In this document: one piece after another, positions 1 through 14,399 of the stretch
How the letters are laid out: each line of letters opens with the position of its first letter
How positions within the stretch are numbered: the stretch's first letter is position 1
DNA from: Epiperipatus broadwayi
Lineage: Eukaryota; Animalia; Onychophora
Direction: 5' to 3'
Length of the DNA: 64,000 nt
Assembly (NCBI GenBank): GCA_028023455.1
Contig: JAQFVV010000001.1
Coordinates: 7,440,001-7,504,000 of the forward strand
Notes under the pieces: model-generated
The model's database searches: none
What the model saw: only the letters and a program-made list of their open reading frames with translations
What the model was told of the DNA's origin: nothing
Translations under genes and position numbers: made by a program

Positions 1-3000
1 TTCATTCTGTATTATACAAATAAATGAAATGTTTCTTTCCAACTTTGTTCAAATTGTTTTTCATCTTTACAAACAAATTATATATATTCCACAAATTCTT
101 AAATACTATGTAGACAAAAAAATAAAAATTAGATTCCAAATTTTTTTTTAGTATCATATTTTCATACTGAACTTGATTTCATTAATATAATTAAAAAATA
201 AAGCCCCAAACACTATTTCCTTTCAAAAAAAAAAAAAAATTTTTGTTCACTAAATCAAATCAACATTAGAAAAATAAAACATTAAAATTTCTCTTCCCAA
301 TATTTATTATGGCTTTTTCTAAAGGTTTAAATAAATATAATCTTTCATATATATATAAAACTTTAATGTTTTTTTTTTTTTTGATTTAGTAAACAAATTA
401 TAAAGTTTTTAAAGAAAATGGTGTTCAGAGTTTTACTTTTTAATTGTATAAATATAATATCTAATGCTTATATATATATAAGAAAAATATTGATATGCAC
501 GCTGGTATCTATTGTTGATTTAATTTTATTTGTAAATAAAAATAATTATTTGAACAAAAATATAAAAGATAATTGGTATATGTTTTTTAAATCTAGAAAT
601 TCTTGTTTACATGGTCATCTCTTTTAATCATCAAGCTAAAAATACTGACATATCTTTCCTATAAATCTATATCAAACCTTTCACGATTCTCTCTTTTCAC
701 TTTTTCATTTAGTATATTATTCAAAACTTGAAATTTGAACAAAAATGGCTTCTTATCATCTTTTACCTAATGATACAATTACATTACTAATTGCTATCTA
801 TTAGAACCAGACTCACACAATCATGTTCACCATAATATTTTATCTCTGTATTCACATCCTATTTACAGAGTCTGAGTAGTTTCAAATTTTTAATTTGATC
901 CATGTATCTCTTGATGATTCATCTTAATTGTATCAATAATGTGATTTTTAGAATAGCAATTAAATTGCATAAAAATGACTGTTTTTGTAGGCATAATTTA
1001 TTTACCATTATATTGTAAGTTTAATTGTATCCAATATTTAATATTTTCATCATCATTTTTATTTACTTAATCTTTTTGAATTATTCAATGCCTCTTATTT
1101 GATTTCAAAGCAATTTATTTTCCTAAAAAACATTCTAGTGGTTTTAAGTCATTCATTACATACTTTCCTTTGTTTAGATAGTCTCATTCATTATATTCTA
1201 AGAAATTTCTCTTTATACATCTATCTACCATATATTTTTATCACTGCTTTCAATAACTGTTTTATTTATTTTTCAGTCATGTTTAACATCTTTTTCTGTA
1301 TTTATTTTATTTGATGAAAATCAAATAATTAACCTATTATTATTTTTAACTATCTTTCATATTCAACTAGAGATTCGTAAATAATGATAAAATAGTATTA
1401 CTTTTCATTCTGATCATATAGAGTATTATCCTTTTATCCAGATGCAGATATATGAACTGCTTTATTTTGATGAGAAAGAAAGAATGATGCATTTTTAAAT
1501 AACACTAGTATTCTAGAATATTGTTTTGACTTAAATTCTATAAACATATTGTTTGATATATCTAATTGGGTACTTGTCCAAGTCTTCATTGAATTCCATC
1601 ACATTGTTTTTTCATAAGCATAAGAATGCCTGATAATTTGATCCCATGAATTTTCTTAATTGCAATCAAGTATAAAAAAAAGATATGCAGCAATTAAAAT
1701 ACATAGTCAAAATATTGTTCTTTTATTTTAAATAATTGATTTGCACCAAATTATTGAATCATTAACTTAGTATCAATATAAAAAACAACAACATTCCAAT
1801 ATGAGAATAAACATTCAAACTTGGAGCATAATGAAAGAATGAATCCTTTTTTTCTTCCCTTTTTTTATAAAATGATTTAATTAAGTAAACAGATTTATAA
1901 TTATTTTCTATTATCTATAAACATATAAACTAAGCAATTTAAAAATAATATTATCCTTTCATATGTTTATTAAAAATAATTGGTAAGAGCTGAAATTTTG
2001 TGATATACATTCAATTACTGTGATGCAGCATTTTCTGACATCTTAGTTGAAAAGCTGATAGACATTGATCCATATTTTTATCAATTGCTTTTTCTTATGC
2101 AGTTATTATTGGAAAAGTGCTTACTGTAATTTTCCATCAATTTTAAAAAATTAAAATTCGTAAGAAAACTGAAGAAATATTGATTGAAGCATTTTGTTAA
2201 CTTTATTGAATCACTGTTAGTTTTTTTTATCTTGACTGATCAGAAATATTATCATCTAACAATCAAAAGGCAGATTAACTGTCATCACCAACAACAAAAA
2301 AATCAACGTCTGCAGATTCTTTTAGAAGATAGTTAGTTACTCTACAAGAATAATATGTGTCATCAGTTTAATCTAAGTTTAACTCTAGCTTATTTAACTT
2401 TATCAACTTAAAATTAGATAATTTGAAGCAATCAGTTTGTCACTGTTCAATTAGGTCAACTTTTAAATAAACACAAAGATATCCTATATATTGTTTCTAA
2501 ATAATAGAAATCCCTGACTGCAATAAAGTGTTACTACTTTGATTCCTTGTAATGCAACGTAGTAGATATACTCAATGATTCTTAGTTAATTATAACAGGT
2601 ACAGGGAAATTCAAATAACGAGTTAAGTAAAAAATAAAAAGAGAAGGATTTCTAGTTTTGTTCCCATAGCATTTTACATTTCTAAACTAGAGGGATAATA
2701 TTATATTCCTTAATTAATACTTGTGGTTCTACAATCTTGCACTATTCTAAAGCAAAATACCTACTAGAGAAGACAAAAGCTTTTTCTAGAATTGAAGCCT
2801 TTCAAAACATCACATGATCACCATTTCATATGCTTACACATGCTGTTAATAAGAGTAATGTGATGTGATGTATTTGGCTTCTCCTTAAACGAAGTCAAGA
2901 ATATCTCAGCAACTATGCCCAGATAAACCTAATATCAAATTCTCCATACAGTAGTGCCCCCAAGTGCAAGCTTTTGTAATCAATGAATGAAGGAAGGTTT

Positions 3001-3038
3001 GTGCATAAAATCCCTATCTGGTGCCTACTCATCCTTCA

Positions 3039-3081
3039 TTCCCGGACTAGTTTCTAGCTTGTGGCTTTCATCAGTGAGCAA
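3039..3081 (-). ncRNA. Type I hammerhead ribozyme, core intact, stem I partly decayed (family 1)
   Basis: Minus strand reads TTGCTCA-CTGATGA-A-AGC-CACAA-GCT-A-GAAA-CTAG-TC^CGGGAA. All core nucleotides are present; stem I has two mismatches. Confidence 0.75.
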
Positions 3082-3480
3082 CTTTGGATTGAGAGCATTG
3101 CACTTAGATCTTAGGATCTAATGCAACCCTCCAGCAGCGACCTTTTGCCTATTTGGTTAATTATTAAGCTAGAACCCAAAATGGAACCACCATAATGTTT
3201 TCAACATAAACTCATTTGCTTATATGGTCATATGGATTTGAACTCAGTTCAGCATCTATACATTTTGATATCTTTGATTTTTCAAAAACCACAGTCACCT
3301 TTATCCTATGGGCAGAATAGGTATAAAACCATCAAAACATCACATGATCACTATTTCATATGCTTACACTTGCTGTACCAAACTCCATACAGTAGTGCCA
3401 CCAAGTGCAAGCCTTTGTAATCAATGGATTCTGAAAGGTTTGTGCATAAAATTCCTATCTAGTGCCTATTCATCCAACAT

Positions 3481-3514
3481 CCCCAGACTAGTTTGTGGCT
3501 TTCATCAATGAGGA
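3481..3514 (-). ncRNA. Inactivated hammerhead copy (family 1)
   Basis: Minus strand CCTCA-TTGATGA-AAGCCACA-AACTAGTC-TGGGG: C3 mutated, and stem II 3' arm plus part of GAAA deleted. Confidence 0.6.
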
Positions 3515-3920
3515 ATCTTAGATTGAGAGCATTGCACCTAGATCTTAGGATCTAATGCAATCCTCCAGCAGTCACCTTTTACATATTTGGTTAACTGCAA
3601 ACCTTCCTGCATCCATTGATTACAAAGGCTTGCACTTGATGGTACTACTGTATGGAGAGTTTGGTACTCTTATTAGCAGCATGTATGAGCATATGATAAA
3701 GATGACTAGGGTTTTTGAAAAACAAAAGACATCAAAATGTGTAGATGCTGAACTGAGTTCAAATCTATATGATTGTACAAGTGAATAAGCTTGAGTTGGA
3801 AACATTATGGTGTTTTCATTTTGGGCTTCTAGCTTTATAATTAACAAAATAGGTAAAAGGTGGCTGCTGGAGGATTGCATTAGATTTTAAGATCTAGGTG
3901 CAGTGCTCTGAATCCAAGGC

Positions 3921-3955
3921 TTCTCACTGATGAAAGCCACAAGCTAGTCTGGGGA
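3921..3955 (+). ncRNA. Inactivated hammerhead copy (family 1)
   Basis: TTCTCA-CTGATGA-AAGCCACAAGCT-AGTC-TGGGGA: a 7-nt deletion between the two CTAG motifs removes GAAA. Confidence 0.65.
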
Positions 3956-6299
3956 AATTGGATTAGTGAGCACTAGATGGAGATTTTATGCACAAACCTT
4001 TTTGCATCCACTGGTGAAGACTTTCTACATATATTAATTATATTTATTATTTTAAATAAAATTAATAAATTTAATTTCTTTTGTCATCTCTGGATTTTAA
4101 GTAAATGTCTTATTAGGACAAAATAAAACTATTTGTGTATAAAAATACAGATCTTACACTTTTGCTAAATATATCTAGCTGGCAAAACATAATTCTTCAT
4201 ACATCATTATTATAGCAGTGAATTTAGCAAATTGCAGAAACTTTTTTTGTAAAATCAATTTATTTTCTAATATTACAGAAAGAGAGAAGACATTCCAGAT
4301 TTATATACATATGTATGCTAACTTCTGTGCCCAAAGGAATGCATTTATTGGGCAACAGAGTGGTGGCAATTTATCATTGGATTCTACCCTTTTAACTTAA
4401 CAAAAATTATATTATAATTGAATATGCATAATTTTTTAATAAACATGTGAAATGAATTTATATATTTATAATACTATAATTCAAATTTATGTAATTATGA
4501 ATATTTTTGTTTCAGGTATTTTGGAAGGTTTAACATTGTGACAAGTATATTCGATGTTATTCTACCTCGAAATTTCTGTATTCTATGTATAATTTACGTT
4601 TTTTTTTTAACTTTTTAAAAATATATATATATAAACATTATAAATATTTTTTTTATTTAAAAAATCAGTTATTCTATTATTTGTTCAGTAAATTATATTC
4701 TACATACATACACTATTGGATCAGATACATATAAACCAAACATAAACAATGTTAAATTAAAAATAATCTAAATTAATGATTCCTAGTTGATTGACTGAAT
4801 TCATTTATATTATAAAGCATGGATAATTTAAGAAAAACAAGAGTGATGAAATAAAATATAACTATATTATTAAGAAATAAAACAATAAAGTAAATCAAAA
4901 TTTGCAATGGTGATTATTTTGAGGTGTAAATTAACATTGAATTTGAAATATAGGCTTGAATTACACAGAAATAGAAAAGATGGTAATATAGAGAAATATA
5001 TAATCGAAAAATAGTAAAAAAAAGTTCAATTATATTATGTATATAGATTTTAAATAGTAGGGAAAGAATAAAAAAAAAAAAAACTAAATTGGATTTTTCA
5101 AAATAACAAGAAGGGAAGGGGAGACCCACCCCAGAAAAACATGGAAAATTATGAAAAGAAAATATACATAGTTGGTATACAAAAGGATTTAAATAATATA
5201 TAATCAAAATAAATAGAATCCATCAAACAATATTAGAATTCTAGAAATTTCTATCAATCAGGCTATGTGAATAATTTTGATTATTTAATGGAAAGTCAAA
5301 AGCCAGCACTGACAGATACTTTCCCCTACTTCTTTTATTATAAATATTTTTTCTAGAATATAATATGTTACAAAATTAAATTATTACAATCAAAATACAA
5401 TTGAAGATTAAAGTGAACATGTTTTATAACTTTGCTCATTATTTGAATGCATAAATCATACTATTAAAGTTTGAAAGATTAAAATAAATTTAAAATATTA
5501 GGAATAAAATGAACTGTTTTAGATCTATTTTTGAACAAAAAATAAAATTCACTTTTGACATCATTGTGGCTATAAAAATAATTTTCTACTTTTATGAAGT
5601 TGGATTCTACATACTGATCTCAATGATGTGCTCATTTAATAATGATTAATGGGCCTTTCTGTCATGCCCATAATCTGGATTCAAATCTGACCAGTAAATG
5701 GGGATTTAGATTTATTTGGGTTACTCAGATGAGGATTCATATTGTGACTAATTATTATATATAGTCTTCATTACTATGGGGATGGATGACTTAATAGGTT
5801 AATATAAGAGCATACATCTTTGATTAAATAGAAATGAAAATGTTCAGGCATTTAATTTAGAAAAAGATTGTAAATGCAATTTTATATAGAGTGCCAGAGA
5901 TATACATCTTAAATATGTTTATACTATAAATACATGTGAAGTTAAGAAATATTCATGAATATATTATAATGTACAAACTTTTTTTAAAAATATCTGAATA
6001 TTTACAAATTGAAATAGCATTTTACTTTTTTTTTTTTTTAATATCATCACACCATACATTAAAGGTATAAATAAATTGTTTAAACATGCAAATGAAAGTC
6101 TCATCTATTTAATAATTTAACAAGTTATCAAATTTTATTGGTTAAATATGAAAGATGATCAGTTCTGGTGTAGTCAATCTATTTAGTTACCATATTTTTC
6201 AATTATATGTGAAATAGTTAAGCTCAGATATGATAAGTATATATTTGCTGGTAATGAAATATCTTTTGAACATCATAATAAAAGTAGTATCCCGATGAT

Positions 6300-7150
6300 T
6301 AATAATTAATATAGTATGTGTAAATTATTATTTCAGAACTAGAGAAATTCCTATCAGTTGAATAAATTCTGGCATCATAACTTTTTGAAAGAACCCATAT
6401 TTCTTAAGTTGGGCAAAAGGAGACAATTTGTTACTCTCATTGCATGTCCTTACCAGAATTTTGATTATTAAGAATCTCCATATGACGGAATCCATAAATG
6501 AAATAGATAATAACTCTGAGAGAAACTTTTCAGGATATAAAATTCAATAGTATCAGAGCAAATGGCAGGCCTTTGCAAATTCTTTAGTAATCAACATTTT
6601 GTGTTATTGATGAGTTGCTAATTTGTATAGTGGACCAAATTTTAAAAGGGATATAATTATACCATTCGTCTGCTTGTTTATATGTTGCTATTAAATAAAA
6701 GATTAGGACCTACCATTATAAGTCAATTTGGGAGAGATGGAATTCTCAGAACTCTAAATGATAAAAGCTAATTTACAACACTAAAGCTAGTATAACATGT
6801 TTATTTCTATAATTTCTTTGCAATTTTTAACCAAGGTGAGTAAATTGCAAGTTTGCCATTAATGTATCGTTTTTATAGTTGGTTGTAAATTGAGTTAGTT
6901 TAAGAAGTGATTTATGGTTTCAATGATCATAAAACTTATCTTTGTGGAGGAAGTGCCCATTGGATACTCAACAATTTAAAGGCAAACATGAGAAGACTGA
7001 CAGAAGAATTTTCCAGTTGATAATTGCCATATAGAGAAAATTTTAGATTATTCCTTCAACAAGGACTAAATTTATTCTGTTATGTTCAAAATAAATATAG
7101 AGATTTTTGCAAGTTCTTTAGTAATTTGAATATTGAGTTTCTGATTAAAG
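6300..7150 (+). mobile_element. Heavily decayed LTR-retrotransposon integrase relic, BEL/Pao-like
   Basis: Frameshifted fragments in the expected order: AFANSL..LYS(DN)GPNFK, WER, N..RPL.Y-like, YLCG. Many stops. Confidence 0.4.
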
Positions 7151-7229
7151 TGAAATGTTTTTCATATATGATACACTGATCACATCATCAAAAAAAATCT
7201 GAACTGAATTATTATTGGAGGTTTATATG

Positions 7230-7330
7230 ATCCAATGTTCCCTGGAAATAGGTTGGATGTTTTTTGCACGCCAAATCACATCCTATAAATTGAAAAGTTC
7301 TGATCTGGCGACGTGAAGTGATCACACACG
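7230..7330 (-). mobile_element. Tc1/mariner transposase fragment
   Basis: Minus strand TSPDQNFSIYRM* resembles the SPDLNPLDYxxW motif. Confidence 0.35.
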
Positions 7331-10300
7331 AGTTAGATACAAAAGGGCGAATTAAAGACTAGCCTGAATAAGCTATTGATAGGAACATTACTCCTACAAT
7401 ATGAAGCTGTGATAGAAAATGGGATGGTTATTTTTTTTTATTGGTTATTTACCAAATAAGGTGTAAGTATATGGTTGAAATTTTCATTAAGGACAACAGT
7501 GATATTTATATTGATCAAAGATATGAGATGGGATTCAATTTTTTAATTTATACTTCTATAGAGGAATTGATAAGTAAAGAGCTAAATAGTAAGATCTTTA
7601 GGCTTGAGTGCTCAGCTCCACGAGGTGTATGAATTTGTCCTTGAAATAGGATGAAATTACTAGATCAATTAGATTTTATTTCATTTAGTATATGCTCAAA
7701 ATATATTTTGTGAATTCTATTAGTAAATTATCATTCAACATTCTGCATCTTATTGAAATAATATTTTTTTTAACTGTTGTGTTTGATGTTGAAATGTTGG
7801 TTATATTGATATTAAGAGAATGACTGAGTTGTTGAAGTATTAATAACTAACCTATCAACTAAACTGATAAATTTTTATCACCTCTTTGGAATGTATGTGT
7901 GAAATTATATAAAGGTTTTATCATGGGAAATATTACTCATCATTGGATATCTTATTATTGCATAAACAGAGAACATTATTATGCTTAATAATACTATATT
8001 ATAGTTTGAAATGTGAGCATGGATTATTGCTTTGGATGAGAACTAACTCAAAACAGAAACTAGAACATCAATGAAGTAGATGGTGCTATTAGCAAATGTG
8101 TATTTTTGATAAAATTTGCAATGAAAAGTGATTTTTATTTCATGCAAAATGTGATCAAAAAGGTTGAAAAGTTCTGATGCAGTTTGTGTAATACATAGAT
8201 ATCTACTGGAATCAAAATAACCTTGGCTTTATCAGTTAATGCATAATAATAATGTATAGCTTAATGAAATAAAGTAAATTTGAAATGATAGGAGTTTGGG
8301 ATGAAAAAATTATAGCTATTAGTCCATAATCACGTGGACTAATAAAAAAGTTGGATTATCAATGTTAAAAACAATAAATAAAGATTAAATATTGAGTAAA
8401 TTAAGAAGTGTATGGGAAGATAAAAGAAAAAACAGTAGAAATTGATCGATGACCTAATGAAAGTAGCTATGAGTGTCTGAAGAATAGAATAAAATATAGA
8501 AACGTTTGATAATATTAATGGGTAGAAGTTTTCTTTTTTTTTTTGGCAAAAAGTACTGCAGTCATTTGATGGAAAAATTATTATTGGATTTGGATATGAT
8601 CATCAAAACTTTTTCCATACAATATAAGTTTAAAATATATATATAAAATTTGTCTTGAATTTTAATGCTGCACTAAATATAGAAATTTTATGAATATGAG
8701 TACCAGAAATATTTTCAATTTCTTAAAATAAAATAGAAAATCATATTAGCTAAAAAAAAAAAACCCCCAAATTTTACTAAAATTCTTCCATAACCATTGT
8801 TTTATATATTAACAAATAACCCTTTTCAAGTGAAATTCAACATGTCTGTTTATTAATAGATGAAATCATGGTCATAGAAGAATTTTAATAAAATATTGTT
8901 TTTTGGCTAGTATTCTAATGTTATATACTTTTCTTATTTTATTTATCATTACTAGTATAGCAGTAGGCAGTATTTTCCTTGGATATTGGATATAATTAAA
9001 TGTCCATTAATAAAAGTTGAATTTATTGATTTAAATTTATCACACAAATCATATTATTTGTTAACTGATTTATCAATTTGTAGTAATCACTTCTAAATTA
9101 TATTAGCTGTCTAGATTAAAGTATTTTTTTGCTGTTTTTCTATTAAGACTTCAATAATGAAAAATGATTTACCTAATAGAATGGTAGTTTTCAAACAATT
9201 TTTTTCTTTTAGTTAAAAGTAATATATATATATATATTCTTTTTGTAAACAAGTGACATTTTTTCTCACCTTTAAGAATCATGTTATTTAATTATCATTA
9301 TGCAATTAACTGTAATAGCAGCCTAAACATGTTAAAAAGCTTCTAGAATTTTAACTATTGTTGTATTCTTTACAAACACATAGATATCTGTTCCCCTACT
9401 ACATAATACAAAATTTTTGAATTTAAATAAGAGAAATAAATGTTAAAAACATAGGAAGTCTATTATAAATATATTTATTAGCCATTACATTATTCAATTG
9501 AAATTCAGTTTTATTGAACATTTTATCTAATTGATTAGATAAAAATAAGATACTACTATTAAAAAAAAAACAAAAACTAATTTATTTTACTAATAATTTC
9601 ATTAATTCTTTGATATAGAAGTTAAAGCATGATTTAGTAAAAAATATATTACATTTATCATAGTTAATTATAAAGTCAAACAAACAGAATAATATTTTAC
9701 AATTAATAGTATTTAGAAAAAATGTAGCAAACTTTTTTTTTTTAACACTGAGATATATTGAAAAAAAAAGTCAAGGTTGGATAATTTAATAAACATAGTA
9801 ATAAAAGTATGGTACATAATAATTTATTAAAATTAGTTGACACACACGTAAATATAAAATATTTTATACACTCTATATAGCTATATTCTTATATTCCAGT
9901 ATATACATACATACTGGGATTTAACTAGTGTATTAATCCATGTTATAAGCAAATTAGATATATATCCAACTAAAGAATAAAAACTGAGATGGCATGTATT
10001 GATTTAGATATTCATATAGTGTACGATCTACCTACTAGATGGAAGATACAAATCAATGACAAAAAACAACATAAAAAACAACTAATTGATAAATAAAATT
10101 TAATTAATTTATTATAAAAAGTTAATCTAAGTTATTATTAATTCATATACATATCTTTCATTTTTATTTTTAAAATCATTGAATTATTAATTTATTATAA
10201 AAAATAAAAAATAAATTGATGTTTATTGACTTATGACAAATTTTGCTGCTTCAATTATATTAGAAAATGTACAAATAAAGTTTTTAAAATCTTTAATAAG

Positions 10301-13300
10301 TCTTATTAATAGATAATTATGAACAAAAGGAAAATCACTTTTTAAACTTATAGTAAAATATCAAGTAGAGAGCAAACTTAGATTTCTAAACTGAAAAATA
10401 AAATTAAGTTACTCTATCTCTGAATTGTAAGAATATTGTGCTCTAAATTATAAGAATTAAGGAATATAAAATATGGTTGTCATTATAATTTTTTTTACTA
10501 CAATAAAAATGTGGAATCAAATTTAAAAAAATTTCCATGAATGCATTTATTTAAGAGATCAAGTAAATTTTATTTCTAAACAACACAAAATATCAAACAG
10601 GATCTATTCATTTTATATTGTGTTGGTTGCTAAATATATCATTCAATTGCTAAGTAAATTTTATTTCTTAGTAAATATATTACTTTAATATTTTTATTAA
10701 ACATGCTTATTGTCATAAATTTAATATGTAAATTTTATTTCTTAGTGAATAGTTTTTTTTTTTTTAGCTCATTGGTAAGTATTATGTGCCTCCATTTAAC
10801 GAATAGATTGTTATAATGAGCAGTTTTTTTTTCAATATCCACCAATAACCATATCCTTTAGATGGATCTATAAAGATATTAATCATTTTTGCCTTTTGCA
10901 ACATTCATGTTTCTTGAGAATTAGATGAATCACTAAAGGAAGTTAAATATATAAAATCAATTTGTTTTACAGATTACTATCAAACAAGTTTTCTAATAGT
11001 TTGATATTTCTATCCTCTAGACAAAATTACAAGAGAATCCTTTTGAATTTTAATGACTGCCAGACTATCTTATTTTAGCATGAATTTACAATTTATTTTA
11101 ATATTTTTTTATTAAATCGTGGAATATACATACATTAAAATAACTACTACTGTTAATAAATATATTTTAAAAAAGCACAAATTAATAATACTAATTGATA
11201 CAAGCACCATGTTTCTATTTTGCCCATTGCTCAGATTTAATTTTTCTTAAAACAATAAGTTCTTACTTTGTCACTGAATGTGGTTAAGAAAGAACTTTTC
11301 TTTTTTTTAGATAGAAAAAGCTGAGAAATAAGGTATTTATTTCTACATCAATTGTCAAAGTTTGTAACAGTTTTTAAAAGCATTTAGATGGAGGGGGAAC
11401 TAAAGAATAACTTTTTATTTACATTTAAGATCTATTAAGAAATATTGATTATTCTCGGTAATAAAATAAAATAATGAAACCAGTGTACATGAATAACAAT
11501 ATTGTTCTTGTAATTAAAAAAAATGTATATTTGTAAAATTTTCTTATTTAAACAACTTAAATTACCACACAGAAGTGTATTATATCTCAGGAATTCAATA
11601 TTAAGAATAAAAAAACTAGTATAATTTATTTTGCATTTAATGTTATAGAATAGTTCAAATATATAATTAATATTTATGTATTCTGAATCAATGTACACTT
11701 CATATTGAATATTAAATAAAAATTTTTTGATTATTTCAAAGATATTCATTATTTGTAAATATTATTTTATTAGTACTAATATTTTATGCAAATATACTGA
11801 AATAGTAACATTTTATAAATGTGGTAAATCTATAAAAAAAAAAATACAGAGAACATCTCACATTATTAAATTTAATAAAGAAAAAATAAAAAGGTTTGAT
11901 TCGTAAGAATTGGATCTATAAAAATATAAACTGTATATATATATATTGATAGTTTAAAACCCCTTAACTGAAAGATTATCATTTGTAACTAACTTTTTAA
12001 AATATACTTCTAAAATAATTTTAAAATTAATAAATATTACAAATTAATAATTCATTTTTTATTAATGGCACACATATATACATAAATACTTTAATGAACA
12101 TGTGTATATTAATCATACATATATATTGCAATCTTTGGTTTTAACCAAAGATGACCATGACCGAGTGTGCAGCAGATGCCATTTTTTAATAAAGAAAAAA
12201 CATTTTTCTCATAGAAGAAATCGATCAAATAAGAAAATTCATCAATAACAGTAATTTTAAGATAAAGAATAATCGGAAAGTTTATAATAGTTGTATAATA
12301 TATGAGTCATATCTGGAAAATTTTGAAAGAAAATTAATGTATAACTTTGTTTTGAATGTGTGAGGATAATTTTGGAATATCACACACTGTACATTTAAGT
12401 ATGCTTTAATTATTAAAAATTAAATAGTGAGATCGACTGATAATATTTATCTATTAAATAAATAAGTGAAAAGATCGATGTAAATTTAAATCGTAAAGAT
12501 TTAGTTTGTTCATAATCATGCTTACTGCAATAATCAATTTTTGGGGAAATAGCTCTAAATTTTTAAATATTACATGGTAGATTATGTTAGGTGGAATTTA
12601 CAGGATTAGTTAGTAAGATTAGGAAATGTGTGTGTATATGTGGTCTATATGAAGTATTTTATTTATTGGGACAATTATAGAAAATTTTGTCATGCAATAT
12701 ACCATTCAATAACAAATTGAAAGAACAATCATTTCATGTTAATTTTAAATAAACCCTTGATAATATTCAGTCATAAATTTTAAATTTAAACTTAGTGTAT
12801 TATTTTTTTTATAAAATGTTCTTTCAAGTTGTTAAAAATTTTTTTTTTATAAATCAAATCCGGGAAAATTTCAAGAAAGTGATTATTAATGTTGTGAATA
12901 ATTAATATTGAAGTTTATGTTTAATAACCAATCAAAAGTTTAATACTCAGGATATAAGGTCAAAAGGTTGAATCTGAAATGATTGAAAGACGAAGGTTAT
13001 AAAAATGACCCACACATCTTGGGATGGTCCTTTGTCATTGTTCCATCAGTCTGAAATCAAGTCTCCCAGTTTTTTTAGTTTCACTTTGCTAATCTAAGGA
13101 ATTTTTATACACTTCGATGCATCCGACTTAAATTTGATTGAAAAATTCGATTGTCTTTTGTAAAAATGTGTACGTAAACAACTAAAAATCAGGCGCACTT
13201 AATTTGGTATAACAACTATGCGGCGAATGAGGTATCTGAGGCCAGATTACAAATTTTTCCCACATAAAATGTTTCAGATATCAATTTTTATTAATAATGT

Positions 13301-13399
13301 TATTATAACATTATTATAAATAAGAGATGGGAGCAATAGCATTTGAAAAAAAAAACTTTGGATGGAAATATTAAATATTAAAAGCACTTATAAATTATG

Positions 13400-13960
13400 C
13401 TTAGAAAATTAAGCAAAGTATTAGCTCGGTTATCTACATATTTTCATCGTGATTCTTTACATGAAAGAAATGAAAAAAAAGCTCAATCTACTAGTGCCTT
13501 AATGATAATGCAAAGCCCAGTAAAATTTGAATGAAGTGAAAATTTTGTATAAGACTTATAGCTGATGGACCAAGTACATATTTGGCGGAAAAAGTGGAGT
13601 TTAAAATCCTGTAAAAGTTGGAATTACTGAGATATGCATAAGCTCGTGACTAACTTATAACCTCAGCGCAGGATTCTACACTGTATCTGTGAATTTGAAA
13701 TGTATCTGGAAGAAATGTCTTTACTGCATCCCAAAGAAAAATGCAGTTGTTTTTATTAAATATTAATTAGACAATCGGATATGATAATATTGTGAAATAA
13801 TCAGAGGATGCAAAAATAATGTGATTTTTGAAACTTATGGCCATTAAAAAAATACAATATTTGGATTATATGTACACACAATAATCCTAGTGTGTGGATG
13901 AAGTTAAACAGTCCGGAGGAGGATGATCATCAGTTATGAACTGTGCCCAAAAGGATTCTT
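13400..13960 (+). mobile_element. Decayed Tc1-like transposase
   Basis: Broken motifs in order: (D)E.K..Y..SDG..VHIWRK, Y/L-rich helix, (Q)DN, WP. No TIR identified. Confidence 0.4.
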
Positions 13961-14399
13961 TAAGTATAATTTTATTTCCTATTTTATTGTTAATTGATTG
14001 GTTATAGTTTAATTATTGAGTATATTCATTAAACATAGTATAAAATATTCCCGATACAGACAGACTAGAATAAAAAAAAACCTTTATATTATTATTGCTT
14101 AACTATGGTGAGATGAATGAAATATCTACGTATAAGTATGGAATGTTTGTCTAAGAGGTTCACAAATATAATTTTATGCTTTTAGTTAAGATTGATATTT
14201 GAATGCTTTATCTTATCTATGTATTTGAAAATTTAATATTGCTATGTCCCAGAGTCTAACAGTTTTAAAATCAGTATATGTTAAAGAAAATGAACGATGC
14301 ACATTTCTTATTTTATAGTATTTAAAACTAAAATAGTTTTAATTTTATTATTATTTAGTCATATTAGACTCTTGCTAAATTATTGGTTTATGCATTAGT

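Larger units (their letters stand above)
2805..4015. mobile_element. Cluster of hammerhead-bearing ~450-bp repeat (retrozyme-like family 1): about 1.7 tandem units in one orientation followed by an inverted, permuted unit
   Basis: Shared blocks ACATCACATGA (2807, 3337), CTCCATACAGTAGT, GTGCATAAAAT, TAGATCTTAGGATCTAATGCAA recur head-to-tail. 3617-4015 is the reverse complement of a permuted unit (3705-3785 matches 3230-3300 inverted). The same family occurs at 39785-40155. Confidence 0.85.

Noticed and set aside
8470-8515. CTGAAGA...GAAACGTT
   Set aside because: Only a weak AU stem II and no stem I; it lies in LINE-like debris.
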